A stretch of DNA of 64,000 nucleotides. It comes from Myxococcota bacterium. Lineage in GTDB: Bacteria; Myxococcota; Kuafuiibacteriia; Kuafuiibacteriales; Kuafuiibacteriaceae. The notes under the pieces are model-generated. The model saw nothing but the letters and a program-made list of their open reading frames with translations, did no database searches and was not told where the DNA came from. The stretch lies in assembly GCA_050331295.1 (NCBI GenBank), contig JBHJGZ010000003.1, positions 53,459-117,458 on the forward strand, read 5' to 3'. How positions within the stretch are numbered: position 1 is the first letter of the stretch; the number at the start of each line of letters is the position of its first letter. Positions 39,854 through 48,514 of this stretch are shown piece by piece. The position numbers and the translations under genes are program-made.

Positions 39854-42688
39854 TTGAGTGAGGGGGACGACGGCGGAGACGACACCATCACGAGTCCCCA
39901 TCGGCCTTCGATCCAAAGGAGCCGACGACGGCCGCCAGCGGCGACCACCGACCCCGGAACGGAACTGCTCGGTCGGTATGTCCTCCTCGACGCCCTGGGG
40001 GAAGGGGGCGGGGGACAGGTGTTTCGTGCGTTTGATCGTCAATTGGAGCGTCAAGTTGCCATCAAGCGGCTGAAGGAGAAGACGCCCAGTCGATCCCACA
40101 GTTCCGCCATCCGCCTCCGCCGCGAAGCCCAAGCCAATGCCCTCCTTCAGCACCCCCACGTGGTGTCGGTGTTCGATGTCGGCGAGCAAGACGGCGACGT
40201 CTTCATCGCGATGGAGTACGTGGAAGGGACGTCTCTCAAAGACTGGCTGAAAGAGCCCAGGAGTCGGCGAGAGATTCTGCAGGTTTTCCTGCAGGCGGGT
40301 GAAGGCCTCTTCGCCGCCCACGAGAAAGGCATCATCCACCGAGACTTCAAGCCGTCCAATGTCTTGGTCGGTCGCGACAACCGAGCACGGGTCGCGGATT
40401 TTGGTCTCGCGCGGGCGGCAGGTGATACCTCCACGGACGGTCCGTCGTCCACACCTGCTCCGACGCTGGTGGACCAAAACCTCACGCGAACCGGGGCGCT
40501 CGTCGGAACACCGGCGTACATGGCACCGGAACAGTTTCTGGGCGGGCCCGTGGATCAACGGTCCGACCAGTTCGCGTTCTGCCTCGCCTTGGCGGAAGCT
40601 CTGACCGGAACCGCGGCACCGCGCGGACAGATCACGAACGAAGGTTGGGCGACATCGCCCGACGCCCTACCCAACTGGATTCGACGTGCGAAGCTTGCAA
40701 AGCCCCTGCGCAAAGCCTTGATCCGCGGCCTCGCCGACGAGCCGGACCAGCGCTTCGCCACCATGCGGCCGATTCTGGACGCCGTCCGAGCAGCCTCATC
40801 GGGACGGCGCATCGCGGGTCCCGCCGCGGCCATCGCGGCGGGGACCGCCGCATTGGTGGCGGCCGGACTCAGACTCTATCCAGGTCCGTGTGCCGCCACG
40901 GCATCCGCCTTGTCCGAAGTCTGGAGTCCGGAACGACGGGCCCAGATTCAGAGACGCCTCGAGATCGCATCTCCCGCTCCCTGGCGATCCGTCTGGTCTT
41001 CCTTGGACCGCTATGCTCAGCAGTGGCTGGAGGCCCGAACTCAGATCTGCGAAGCCACACGGGTCCGAGGCGATCAGTCGGAGAGTCTCATGGACATCCG
41101 GATGCAATGCCTCGACCGACGTCGCGAGGGCCTTCGCGTCTTCCTGGGTCTTCTCGAATCGGGCACCATCGGCAACGCCGCCCGAGCCTCGAACGCCGTT
41201 CTGCGCCTCGGGAGCCCGAAACTCTGTACCACCGTGCAGAGCATGCGGACCCTTGGACGGTCCTTGAGCCCAGCCGAGGCCGAAAGGGCCCGAGAACTGG
41301 AGGCCTTGTTCGCTCAACTCGAGGCGGCGGATGCCGCGGGCCTGGTCCCGTCTGGTTTGGCCTTGGCTCAGCGGGCGGTGGAGCTGGCCGACGCCATCCG
41401 TCGAACCGATTTGCAAACCTCCGCTCACAGATGGAGAGCCAAGCTCCGGGCGGCGGACGACCAGCGGGCCCAGGCCGTTTCGGACTGGGAGCGGGTGAGC
41501 GTCCTCGCCGACGCATCTGCAAACGATGCGGTACGCCTCGAGAGCTACGTCGAGCTGATACGCCTGGACCCAGGCGTTCCAGAGACCGCTCAAGTCTCCG
41601 ACGACCACGTCGAGCGAGCTCGAGCCGTTCTGGATCGACTGGGTGCGGGTCCCCGGTACAAGGCCCTCGTTTTCGGGGCCATGGGAGCCCTAAGTCTCCG
41701 GCGCGGTGACTTTCTCGGATGTCAGACCCACGGACAGGTGGCGATGCGCATGATCAACGAAGCGGAAGACGCGCCCTTGGACGAGCGGCTCGAGCTCTCG
41801 GAGGACCTCGCTCGCTGCCTGGAGCGCCAAGGCTCCAGGGTGCGGGCAGCGGAGGTCGTACGTTCATCCCTCGAGCTGGCGGAGAGGGAGCTTGGCCCGG
41901 AGCATCCTCGAATCGCCCGCCTTCTGGTCCAGCTTTCGAGAGCCCTCGACTTCTCTGGGAATGCGTCCGACGCGGAAAGTACGGCCCGGCGGAGCCTCCG
42001 CTTGGCGGCAAGCAGCTTTGGTGCGCAGCACAGTACCACCGCGCTCGCTCATCAGGCGGTGGCCAACGTGCTCTTCCGAAAGCGCGATTGGGAGGGAGCG
42101 CTTCAGCATTATCGCACCGCTCTGGACATCATGTCGGATGTGTACGGAGAACGAAGCCGGACCGCAGGCGGCCTTCAGTCCACCATCGCCCTGACCCTGG
42201 ACGAGATGGGCCATCATTCACGAGCTCAAAGCCTCCATGAAGCCGCGATCGAGACCCTGACCAAGACGGTGGGCCCCGCTCATCCCGAAACCGCGGCGGC
42301 GCGGACACGGTATGGATGGTCCCTCTCCAGGCAGGGGCAATGTCAAGCTGCTCTGCAGCACCATCGCAAGGCCCTCGCAGACCTCAGAAAGTCCGATCCT
42401 GAGCACGCTCGGATGTTGGACGTCATCCGAGGGATCGTGGAGTGCCTCATCAAACTCGGTCGTCCGCAGGACGGGGTCGCGTACATCGAAGAAGGGCTGC
42501 AGATCAGCGAACACCGAGACGAAGCACCGTTTTATACCGCGCAGCTCGAGTATCAAGCCGCCCAGGTGTTTTGGTCCCTCGGGCACCGAGAACGATCCAT
42601 GACCATGGCGCGTCGCGCCCATCGGCGTCTCTCGGGGTCGGATGAGCTTCGAGGAGAAATCGAGGCTTGGTCTTCCGAACGATTTTGA
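39854..42688 (+). CDS. Ser/Thr protein kinase with TM and TPR repeats
   Basis: GEGGGG, VAIK, HRDFKPSN, DFG, GTPAYMAPEQ; LGPEHP-type TPRs; TTG start after GGAGAGG. Confidence 0.92.
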   Translation: MSEGDDGGDDTITSPHRPSIQRSRRRPPAATTDPGTELLGRYVLLDALGEGGGGQVFRAFDRQLERQVAIKRLKEKTPSRSHSSAIRLRREAQANALLQHPHVVSVFDVGEQDGDVFIAMEYVEGTSLKDWLKEPRSRREILQVFLQAGEGLFAAHEKGIIHRDFKPSNVLVGRDNRARVADFGLARAAGDTSTDGPSSTPAPTLVDQNLTRTGALVGTPAYMAPEQFLGGPVDQRSDQFAFCLALAEALTGTAAPRGQITNEGWATSPDALPNWIRRAKLAKPLRKALIRGLADEPDQRFATMRPILDAVRAASSGRRIAGPAAAIAAGTAALVAAGLRLYPGPCAATASALSEVWSPERRAQIQRRLEIASPAPWRSVWSSLDRYAQQWLEARTQICEATRVRGDQSESLMDIRMQCLDRRREGLRVFLGLLESGTIGNAARASNAVLRLGSPKLCTTVQSMRTLGRSLSPAEAERARELEALFAQLEAADAAGLVPSGLALAQRAVELADAIRRTDLQTSAHRWRAKLRAADDQRAQAVSDWERVSVLADASANDAVRLESYVELIRLDPGVPETAQVSDDHVERARAVLDRLGAGPRYKALVFGAMGALSLRRGDFLGCQTHGQVAMRMINEAEDAPLDERLELSEDLARCLERQGSRVRAAEVVRSSLELAERELGPEHPRIARLLVQLSRALDFSGNASDAESTARRSLRLAASSFGAQHSTTALAHQAVANVLFRKRDWEGALQHYRTALDIMSDVYGERSRTAGGLQSTIALTLDEMGHHSRAQSLHEAAIETLTKTVGPAHPETAAARTRYGWSLSRQGQCQAALQHHRKALADLRKSDPEHARMLDVIRGIVECLIKLGRPQDGVAYIEEGLQISEHRDEAPFYTAQLEYQAAQVFWSLGHRERSMTMARRAHRRLSGSDELRGEIEAWSSERF

Positions 42689-42721
42689 GGGCTCGAAAGG
42701 GCCCTGTGCATGCATCGGGGG

Positions 42722-42750
42722 TTGACTTTGAGAATTATTCTCAATAATAA
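42722..42750 (+). promoter_or_regulatory. Sigma70-type promoter whose spacer is a Fur-family box
   Basis: TTGACT, then TTGAGAAT-T-ATTCTCAA (42728-42744, perfect 8-1-8 inverted repeat), then an AT-rich -10 region. Confidence 0.75.
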
Positions 42751-42754
42751 CGGG

Positions 42755-42846
42755 GCTGTGACCAGGCGGCGGGGCTGACTCTTTCCCCGTGACCTCTTCT
42801 CTCTTCGCTGATTGCACCTCTGCTCCGCCGCCGGTCGCAATTTCTC
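42755..42846 (+). ncRNA. Candidate Fur-regulated small RNA (or structured trxB leader)
   Basis: 18-bp stem (42757-42775 with 42822-42839; one bulge; two G-U pairs valid only on the + strand); 46-nt C/U-rich loop; short U tract after the stem. Confidence 0.5.
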
Positions 42847-42883
42847 GGGTCGCCGGATGCACCGGCGAATCGCCGTCCGTCGA

Positions 42884-42912
42884 TTGCATCGCCGGCGCAG
42901 GACGACTAGCCC
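42884..42912 (+). promoter_or_regulatory. Possible separate trxB promoter
   Basis: TTGCAT-N17-TAGCCC ending 8 nt before the ATG; no SD, consistent with a near-leaderless mRNA. Confidence 0.35.
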
Positions 42913-42920
42913 CGACCTCC

Positions 42921-43895
42921 ATGGAAAAGACCAAGGTGGTCATCATCGGCTCAGGTCCAGCAGGGTATACCGCGGCCCTCTACACCGCGCGCGCCGACCT
43001 GAGCCCGGTTCTGATCGAAGGCAGTTTCATTCCGGGGAACGCCTCCGTGCTTCCGGGTGGTCAGCTCATGATCACCACGGACGTCGAGAACTATCCCGGG
43101 TTTCCCGAAGGGATTCTGGGGCCCGACATGATGGAAAAGTTTCGGCATCAGGCCACCCGCTTCGGAACCGAGATCGTGCACGGGTTCGTCACGAACGTAG
43201 ATCTTTCGAAACGACCCTTCGCGGTGTCGGTGGAGAACGAGCCAAAGTACGAGGCCGAATCGCTGATCATCGCCACCGGCGCGGTGGCCAAATTGCTCGA
43301 AATCCCCGGGGAGCGAGAACTGATGGGTCACGGCGTGTCGGCGTGTGCAACCTGTGACGGGGCGTTCTTCAAAGACCGTCATGTCGTCGTCGTGGGTGGT
43401 GGCGACACCGCCATGGAGGAATCCTTGTTCCTCACCCGCTTCGCTTCCAAGGTCACCGTCATCCATCGCCGGGACGCCCTCCGCGCATCGAAGGTGATGG
43501 CAGACCGAGCTTTCAAGCATCCGAAGATCGAGTTCATCTGGAACACCGTCGTCACCGAGGTGGTCGGCCAGAAGCCCGCCGGTCCCGGTGCCCCGGGCGG
43601 CATCGAGGCCGTGAAGCTTCACAACGTCGAGACCGACGAGAAGAACGAACTGCCTTGCGATGGGTTTTTCGTCGCGATCGGCCACAAACCGAACACCGAT
43701 CTCTTCGAAGGCCAGCTGGACATGGATTCGGATGGCTACCTCAAGGTTCTGCCCGGGAGTGCAAAGACGAAGATCGAGGGCGTGTTCGCGTGCGGAGACG
43801 TCCAGGACAAGGTGTATCGGCAGGCGGTGACGGCGGCGGGAACCGGCTGCATGGCGGCCATCGATTGCGAGCGATTCCTCGATAGCTTGGAGTGA
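42921..43895 (+). CDS. trxB: Thioredoxin-disulfide reductase
   Basis: IIGSGPAGYTAA, VENYPGF, CATCDG, GGGDTA, FACGDV. Confidence 0.97.
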   Translation: MEKTKVVIIGSGPAGYTAALYTARADLSPVLIEGSFIPGNASVLPGGQLMITTDVENYPGFPEGILGPDMMEKFRHQATRFGTEIVHGFVTNVDLSKRPFAVSVENEPKYEAESLIIATGAVAKLLEIPGERELMGHGVSACATCDGAFFKDRHVVVVGGGDTAMEESLFLTRFASKVTVIHRRDALRASKVMADRAFKHPKIEFIWNTVVTEVVGQKPAGPGAPGGIEAVKLHNVETDEKNELPCDGFFVAIGHKPNTDLFEGQLDMDSDGYLKVLPGSAKTKIEGVFACGDVQDKVYRQAVTAAGTGCMAAIDCERFLDSLE

Positions 43896-43980
43896 CCGGC
43901 TCCAAGTGAAAGTCGCCTTCCGGAAACGGTCGCGCCGCTAGCGCTTGACGGGTGCCGGGACCGTCGGATGCAAACACAGT

Positions 43981-45144
43981 GTGGACGACCAGCTTTTCGA
44001 GACTCGCGCCATTCACGCCGGATGTGACCCCGAAACCGTCACGGGGTCGGTCAGTGTTCCCATCTTTCAAACCTCGACCTTCGCGCAGCAGGCGCCCGGA
44101 GAACACACCGGCTTCGAATATGCGCGTACTCGAAACCCCACGCGCGATGCGTTGGAGCGAAATCTAGCCTCTCTCGAGGGAGCGCGACACGGACTGTGCT
44201 TTTCATCGGGATGCGCGGCAACTGATGCGATTCTCCATTGTTTGAAGCCCGGTGATCATGTCGTCAGTGTCGATGACCTCTACGGCGGCACGTACCGGCT
44301 GTTCATGAGCCTGTATCGTCCCAAGGGTATCGACTTCACGTTCATTTCAGCCGACCAGCCCGAAGACTTGGACAACGCCATTTCGGACCGAACCAAGCTG
44401 ATCTGGGTCGAAACGCCCAGCAACCCTCTCCTGGTGGTGCTTCCCATCGCGACGCTCTGTGCGGTGGCAAAGCGGCGGGGCGTGCCGGTGGTCGTGGACA
44501 ACACGTTCGCCACCCCGTATCTGCAGCAGCCGCTGGCCCATGGCGCGACCCTCGTCCTTCACTCCGTGACCAAGTACCTCGGAGGACATTCCGATCTCAT
44601 CGGCGGCGCCGTCCTGACCAGCGACGACGAGTGGAGAGAACGACTCGCTTTCATCCAGAATGCGGCTGGCGCAGTCCCCGGACCCTTCGACTGTTTCCTG
44701 GCTCTTCGGGGCACGAAGACTCTACATGTGCGGATGGACCGGCATTGCGACAACGCAGAGGCCATCGCCGAATGGCTCGAGCACCAGCGGGGGGTCAAGT
44801 CGGTGATCTATCCAGGTCTTCGTTCTCACCGACAACACGACATCGCCCGCGAACAGATGCGCCGCTTCGGCGGGATGGTGAGCTTCGTCCTGGATGGAGA
44901 TCTCGCCAGCAGCCGGCGCTTTCTCTCGGGGATGGAAGTGTTCACGCTGGCTGAATCGCTCGGCGGCGTGGAGAGTCTGATCGAACATCCGGCGATCATG
45001 ACGCACGCATCGATACCGGCCGAGGAGCGGCACGCTCGCGGTATCGACGATGGCTTCATTCGACTGTCCGTCGGCATCGAGGCCCTGGAAGACTTGCGGA
45101 AGGACCTGGAAAGGGCCTTCGCACGCCTTGCATCCATCAATTGA
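43981..45144 (+). CDS. Cystathionine gamma-synthase/gamma-lyase (MetB/MccB-like)
   Basis: PIFQTSTF, YARTRNPT, ETPSNP, DNTF, SVTKYLGGHSD, AESLGGVESL. Confidence 0.93.
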   Translation: MDDQLFETRAIHAGCDPETVTGSVSVPIFQTSTFAQQAPGEHTGFEYARTRNPTRDALERNLASLEGARHGLCFSSGCAATDAILHCLKPGDHVVSVDDLYGGTYRLFMSLYRPKGIDFTFISADQPEDLDNAISDRTKLIWVETPSNPLLVVLPIATLCAVAKRRGVPVVVDNTFATPYLQQPLAHGATLVLHSVTKYLGGHSDLIGGAVLTSDDEWRERLAFIQNAAGAVPGPFDCFLALRGTKTLHVRMDRHCDNAEAIAEWLEHQRGVKSVIYPGLRSHRQHDIAREQMRRFGGMVSFVLDGDLASSRRFLSGMEVFTLAESLGGVESLIEHPAIMTHASIPAEERHARGIDDGFIRLSVGIEALEDLRKDLERAFARLASIN

Positions 45145-47602
45145 GCTGAACCACGGTCACGCCATCTCCGCCCTCGTCCTGTTCCCCAGGTCGCGACGTC
45201 CGCACGTACCCGGACCGACGCAGATGCTCACGAATGGCCTCCCGGAGGACACCCGTTCCATGACCGTGAATCACGCGAATCCGCCTGGCCTGTCGCCCAT
45301 AGTGATAATCGAGAAAGGCTTCCAGCCGCTCTATCGACTCTTCGACGGACTGCCCTCGAAGATCGATCTCATCGGGAACATCGACCGGGGCGTCGGTCTC
45401 CGCGACACGGCTCGTCTTTTGTTGGGCGCTTCGAGGTGGTGTGCTCTTGCTGGGCTTTGGGCCATCTGGCGCTCGAAGGGACTTGACCGGAACTCGCATC
45501 TTGATGGTGCCGACGGCGACCTGGGCCTCTCGGCCATCGAGCCCCACCACTTCCCCATCTCGACCCAGCTTCGAAACATGGACCCAATCGCCGACCTGAA
45601 CCACCTCCAGCGGCTCGCGCGAGGCGGTCTCGACCGGCGCCAAGTGCCTGGCCTCTTGCTCCTCTTGGAGCTGCCGTAGCTGATCGACGGTTCGATTGGC
45701 GGTCCGCATCGCATCGGCTGCCGATTGGTCCTGCGCCGCCCGCTGAAGCTCCGCGACCATCGCCCGGGCCTGGGAACGCGCACGCTCTATCTCTTCGAGC
45801 AACTCGGTCCTGGCCCGTTCTCGAACCTTTTCGATCTCGGCCTGGAGCTGCGCCTGTCGACGAATCAGTTCGGCCTTCTCGCGTTCGAGCTCCCGGCGCG
45901 CTTCTTGTTCTCGATTGCGCGCACGTTCCAGTTCCTGGGCCCTGGTCTGAACGGTCTCCATCAGCGACTGCAAAGACCCGGTTCCACTGCCCAGCAGGTC
46001 GCGGGCCCGGCTGACGACCGGCGTGGGAAGTCCCAACCCCGAAGCGATGTCCAAAGCGCTGGAGCTCTGAGGCACGTCCAGCGTCAGCTTGTAGGTCGGC
46101 CGGAGCGCGCGTTCGTCGAATCCTACGCCGGCGTTGCGGAAACGTTGGTCCTGAAAAGGGACCGCCTTCAGTCGTTCGAAGTGGGTCGTCACGATCAAGT
46201 GTGCACCTTGATCGGCGATTCTCTCCAGTACCGCTTGAGCGATGGCCTGGCCCTGAAGAGGATCGGTATCCGCAGCGATCTCATCGATCAACACGAGCGT
46301 GCCCTTGTCGGCCCTCTGAATGATGTTCAGCAACGCCTTCATGTGGGCGGCAAACGTGCTGAGCTTGGACTGAATCGACTGTTGATCCCCGATGATCCCA
46401 ACGATCGGAACGTACCATCCGATCTTGCTTTCGGGGGAGCACGGTAGATGAAGTCCACAGCGAACCATCAACGCCAGCAGCCCAATGGTCTTCATCGCCA
46501 CCGTCTTTCCGCCGGTGTTCGGTCCGGTGAGCACGAGGACCTGCTGGCCTTCCTCCAGTCCCATGTCGTTCGCGACCACGTGGAAGCGGGGATGATGCTT
46601 GTCGAATACCGGCTTTGGTTGGCCGTCCTCGACCGCCGCCGCCTCCGATTCGGTCAACGGTGCGACGGATTGAAGCACCAGGAGTGGATGCCGGGCTCGA
46701 ACCAGGTGAAAACCGATCTCGACATCCGGAAGGATGGGGGTCGCGTCCAGCTCCACGGAAAGCCGAGCCGCCGCATTGAGGAAGTCCACCTTGCCGAGGA
46801 CGAAGCAGCATGCCCGAACCCCATCTCCGTGCTGGGCCACGATGTGCGAGAGCCGCGAGAGGATTCGAGCCTCTTCTTCTTGCTGCTCGGACTGCGCAAT
46901 CTTGAGTCGATTGCCGAGATCGATCAGCGCCTGCGGTTCGATGTATACGGTCTGACCGGAGCCGGATGCGTCATGCACGATACCGGGGACGTGGTTCTTG
47001 TACGATGCCACCACCGGCAGGACGTGCCGGTCGCCTCGAATCGTGAAGTAGCGCTCCTGAAGGTACGGTTCGATGGACGGATCCGTCAGAAGACCGTTGA
47101 GCTTGTCATGAATGGAGTCCCGGAGCCCCCGAACCTTCTGGCGAAGCGGCCCGAGGTCGGGAGAGGCGTCGTCAGAGAGCTGTCCGTCGGGGTCGAAGCA
47201 CCGGCGAATGTCCTGAGCCGCTCGACTGAGGTCCGGCGCCGAAACCCCGAGGCCATACAGGCGCGGGCAATCCGGCTCTCTGGGCAGAAGATGTCGACGG
47301 AGCTCGTAACCCGCGTTCATGGTGGTGGCCACCGCGCGGAGCTGTCCCCCTTCAAGCATGAATCCCTTTTCGGCCAAGCCGACGAAAGCTTCGACCTCAT
47401 CGCCCCCAAACACGGGTGCGGTCTCGCCGGCTTCGAGGAGCGTTCGGGCTTCCTGCGTGGCCAGGATACGCTCGATGGCTTCCCCGCGATGGGCCAGGGG
47501 TGCCAAGTGGCTGACCTCCCTCACGCCGAGGGGGGTCCGAACCCGTTGTTTGAGGACCGCCTGGACCTCGTCCAGCTCGAGAAGGCTGGTAGCCAGCTCC
47601 AT
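45137..47602 (-). CDS. mutS2: Endonuclease MutS2
   Basis: VHDASGSGQTVYIEP, TGPNTGGKT, IGDQQSI..LSTF, TTHF, coiled coil, Smr domain (DLRG..IHGHGTG). Start at MELATSLLEL inferred. Confidence 0.95.
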   Translation of the reverse strand: MELATSLLELDEVQAVLKQRVRTPLGVREVSHLAPLAHRGEAIERILATQEARTLLEAGETAPVFGGDEVEAFVGLAEKGFMLEGGQLRAVATTMNAGYELRRHLLPREPDCPRLYGLGVSAPDLSRAAQDIRRCFDPDGQLSDDASPDLGPLRQKVRGLRDSIHDKLNGLLTDPSIEPYLQERYFTIRGDRHVLPVVASYKNHVPGIVHDASGSGQTVYIEPQALIDLGNRLKIAQSEQQEEEARILSRLSHIVAQHGDGVRACCFVLGKVDFLNAAARLSVELDATPILPDVEIGFHLVRARHPLLVLQSVAPLTESEAAAVEDGQPKPVFDKHHPRFHVVANDMGLEEGQQVLVLTGPNTGGKTVAMKTIGLLALMVRCGLHLPCSPESKIGWYVPIVGIIGDQQSIQSKLSTFAAHMKALLNIIQRADKGTLVLIDEIAADTDPLQGQAIAQAVLERIADQGAHLIVTTHFERLKAVPFQDQRFRNAGVGFDERALRPTYKLTLDVPQSSSALDIASGLGLPTPVVSRARDLLGSGTGSLQSLMETVQTRAQELERARNREQEARRELEREKAELIRRQAQLQAEIEKVRERARTELLEEIERARSQARAMVAELQRAAQDQSAADAMRTANRTVDQLRQLQEEQEARHLAPVETASREPLEVVQVGDWVHVSKLGRDGEVVGLDGREAQVAVGTIKMRVPVKSLRAPDGPKPSKSTPPRSAQQKTSRVAETDAPVDVPDEIDLRGQSVEESIERLEAFLDYHYGRQARRIRVIHGHGTGVLREAIREHLRRSGYVRTSRPGEQDEGGDGVTVVQLN

Positions 47603-47695
47603 CTGGACCTGCTCTACTTCGGCGCGGCCACGTCGAAAAGGAGAATTGCTGCCATCGTTCACCTCAGCATCATCAGCACGACCTTTGTCATCCAC

Positions 47696-48514
47696 TTGGG
47701 GTTCACCTTCGCGAATCCCGACAATGGTATCGGTCCCAAAGATCATCCCGACACCCGACTCGTTTCGCCCTCTCGGAACGTAGGCCCGAGAGCGTCGTGT
47801 CTGGACTATCCGCGCCTGGAGGCCAAGGACCTGCAAACGTCCGAAACCGCGGACCCGGTCCGAGCCGAGACGTTGTTCGAACGAGGTCAACGATTGCTGA
47901 GGGGCGCCGATTACGCGGCCGCACGGGAAGTCTTCGAAGCAGCCTTGGAGATCGACCCCAGTCTTGCGCTGGCCCATTTGGGGAAAGCAGAAGCGCACCT
48001 TCATACCGACGCCGATGCCGACGCCATGCTCTTTCACTTGGCGTCGGCCATCACCATTCGTCCCGACAATCCACGCGCTCACAGTCTGCTGGGGAGTGTT
48101 CTGGCGGACATCGGCGAGCGCCGACTCGCCGAGATCCACCTCGAGTGCGCATTGAACCTCCGTTCCGAGCTGCACGAGACCCGATACAGGCTGGCCGTGG
48201 TCCAGCTCGCGGCGGGTCGCTTGGAGCGGGCCGAATACACGCTGCGGGACCTGTTGGCGCGAGAGGGTCCCGAGAGCCGCACTCATGTTCTGCTCGGTCG
48301 GGTGTACGAAGCGATGGGTCGATTCGAGGAAGCGGCTTCTGCCGTCGAGCGGGCCGCCAATGGTGCTGGTCAGAATCCCGCTTTGCTCCGAAGAGCGGCG
48401 ACGCTCTACCGAAGGGCAGGTCTTTGGGACCGAGCCGAACAGTTGAAGGCTCAGGCGGACGCGATCGATCCTCCACCAGCTCAAAGGGATCTTCGCCCGC
48501 TCCGACGACGTTAG
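47696..48514 (+). CDS. Tetratricopeptide repeat protein
   Basis: Tandem TPRs (ALEIDPSLALAHLG, PDNPRAHSLLG, HVLLGRVYEAMG). Start uncertain. Confidence 0.8.
   Translation: MGFTFANPDNGIGPKDHPDTRLVSPSRNVGPRASCLDYPRLEAKDLQTSETADPVRAETLFERGQRLLRGADYAAAREVFEAALEIDPSLALAHLGKAEAHLHTDADADAMLFHLASAITIRPDNPRAHSLLGSVLADIGERRLAEIHLECALNLRSELHETRYRLAVVQLAAGRLERAEYTLRDLLAREGPESRTHVLLGRVYEAMGRFEEAASAVERAANGAGQNPALLRRAATLYRRAGLWDRAEQLKAQADAIDPPPAQRDLRPLRRR

Noticed and set aside
42751-42870. tmRNA, 6S, SRP RNA or tRNA as the identity of the structured element
   Set aside because: No T-arm/CCA end, no SRP GGAA/AGCAG motif, and too short for 6S or tmRNA.
46448-48484. Apparent 2-kb overlap of a 1115-aa MutS2 and a 688-aa TPR ORF
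   Set aside because: Each N-terminal extension is the antisense shadow of the other gene; recognisable domains start near 47602 (minus) and after about 47700 (plus).
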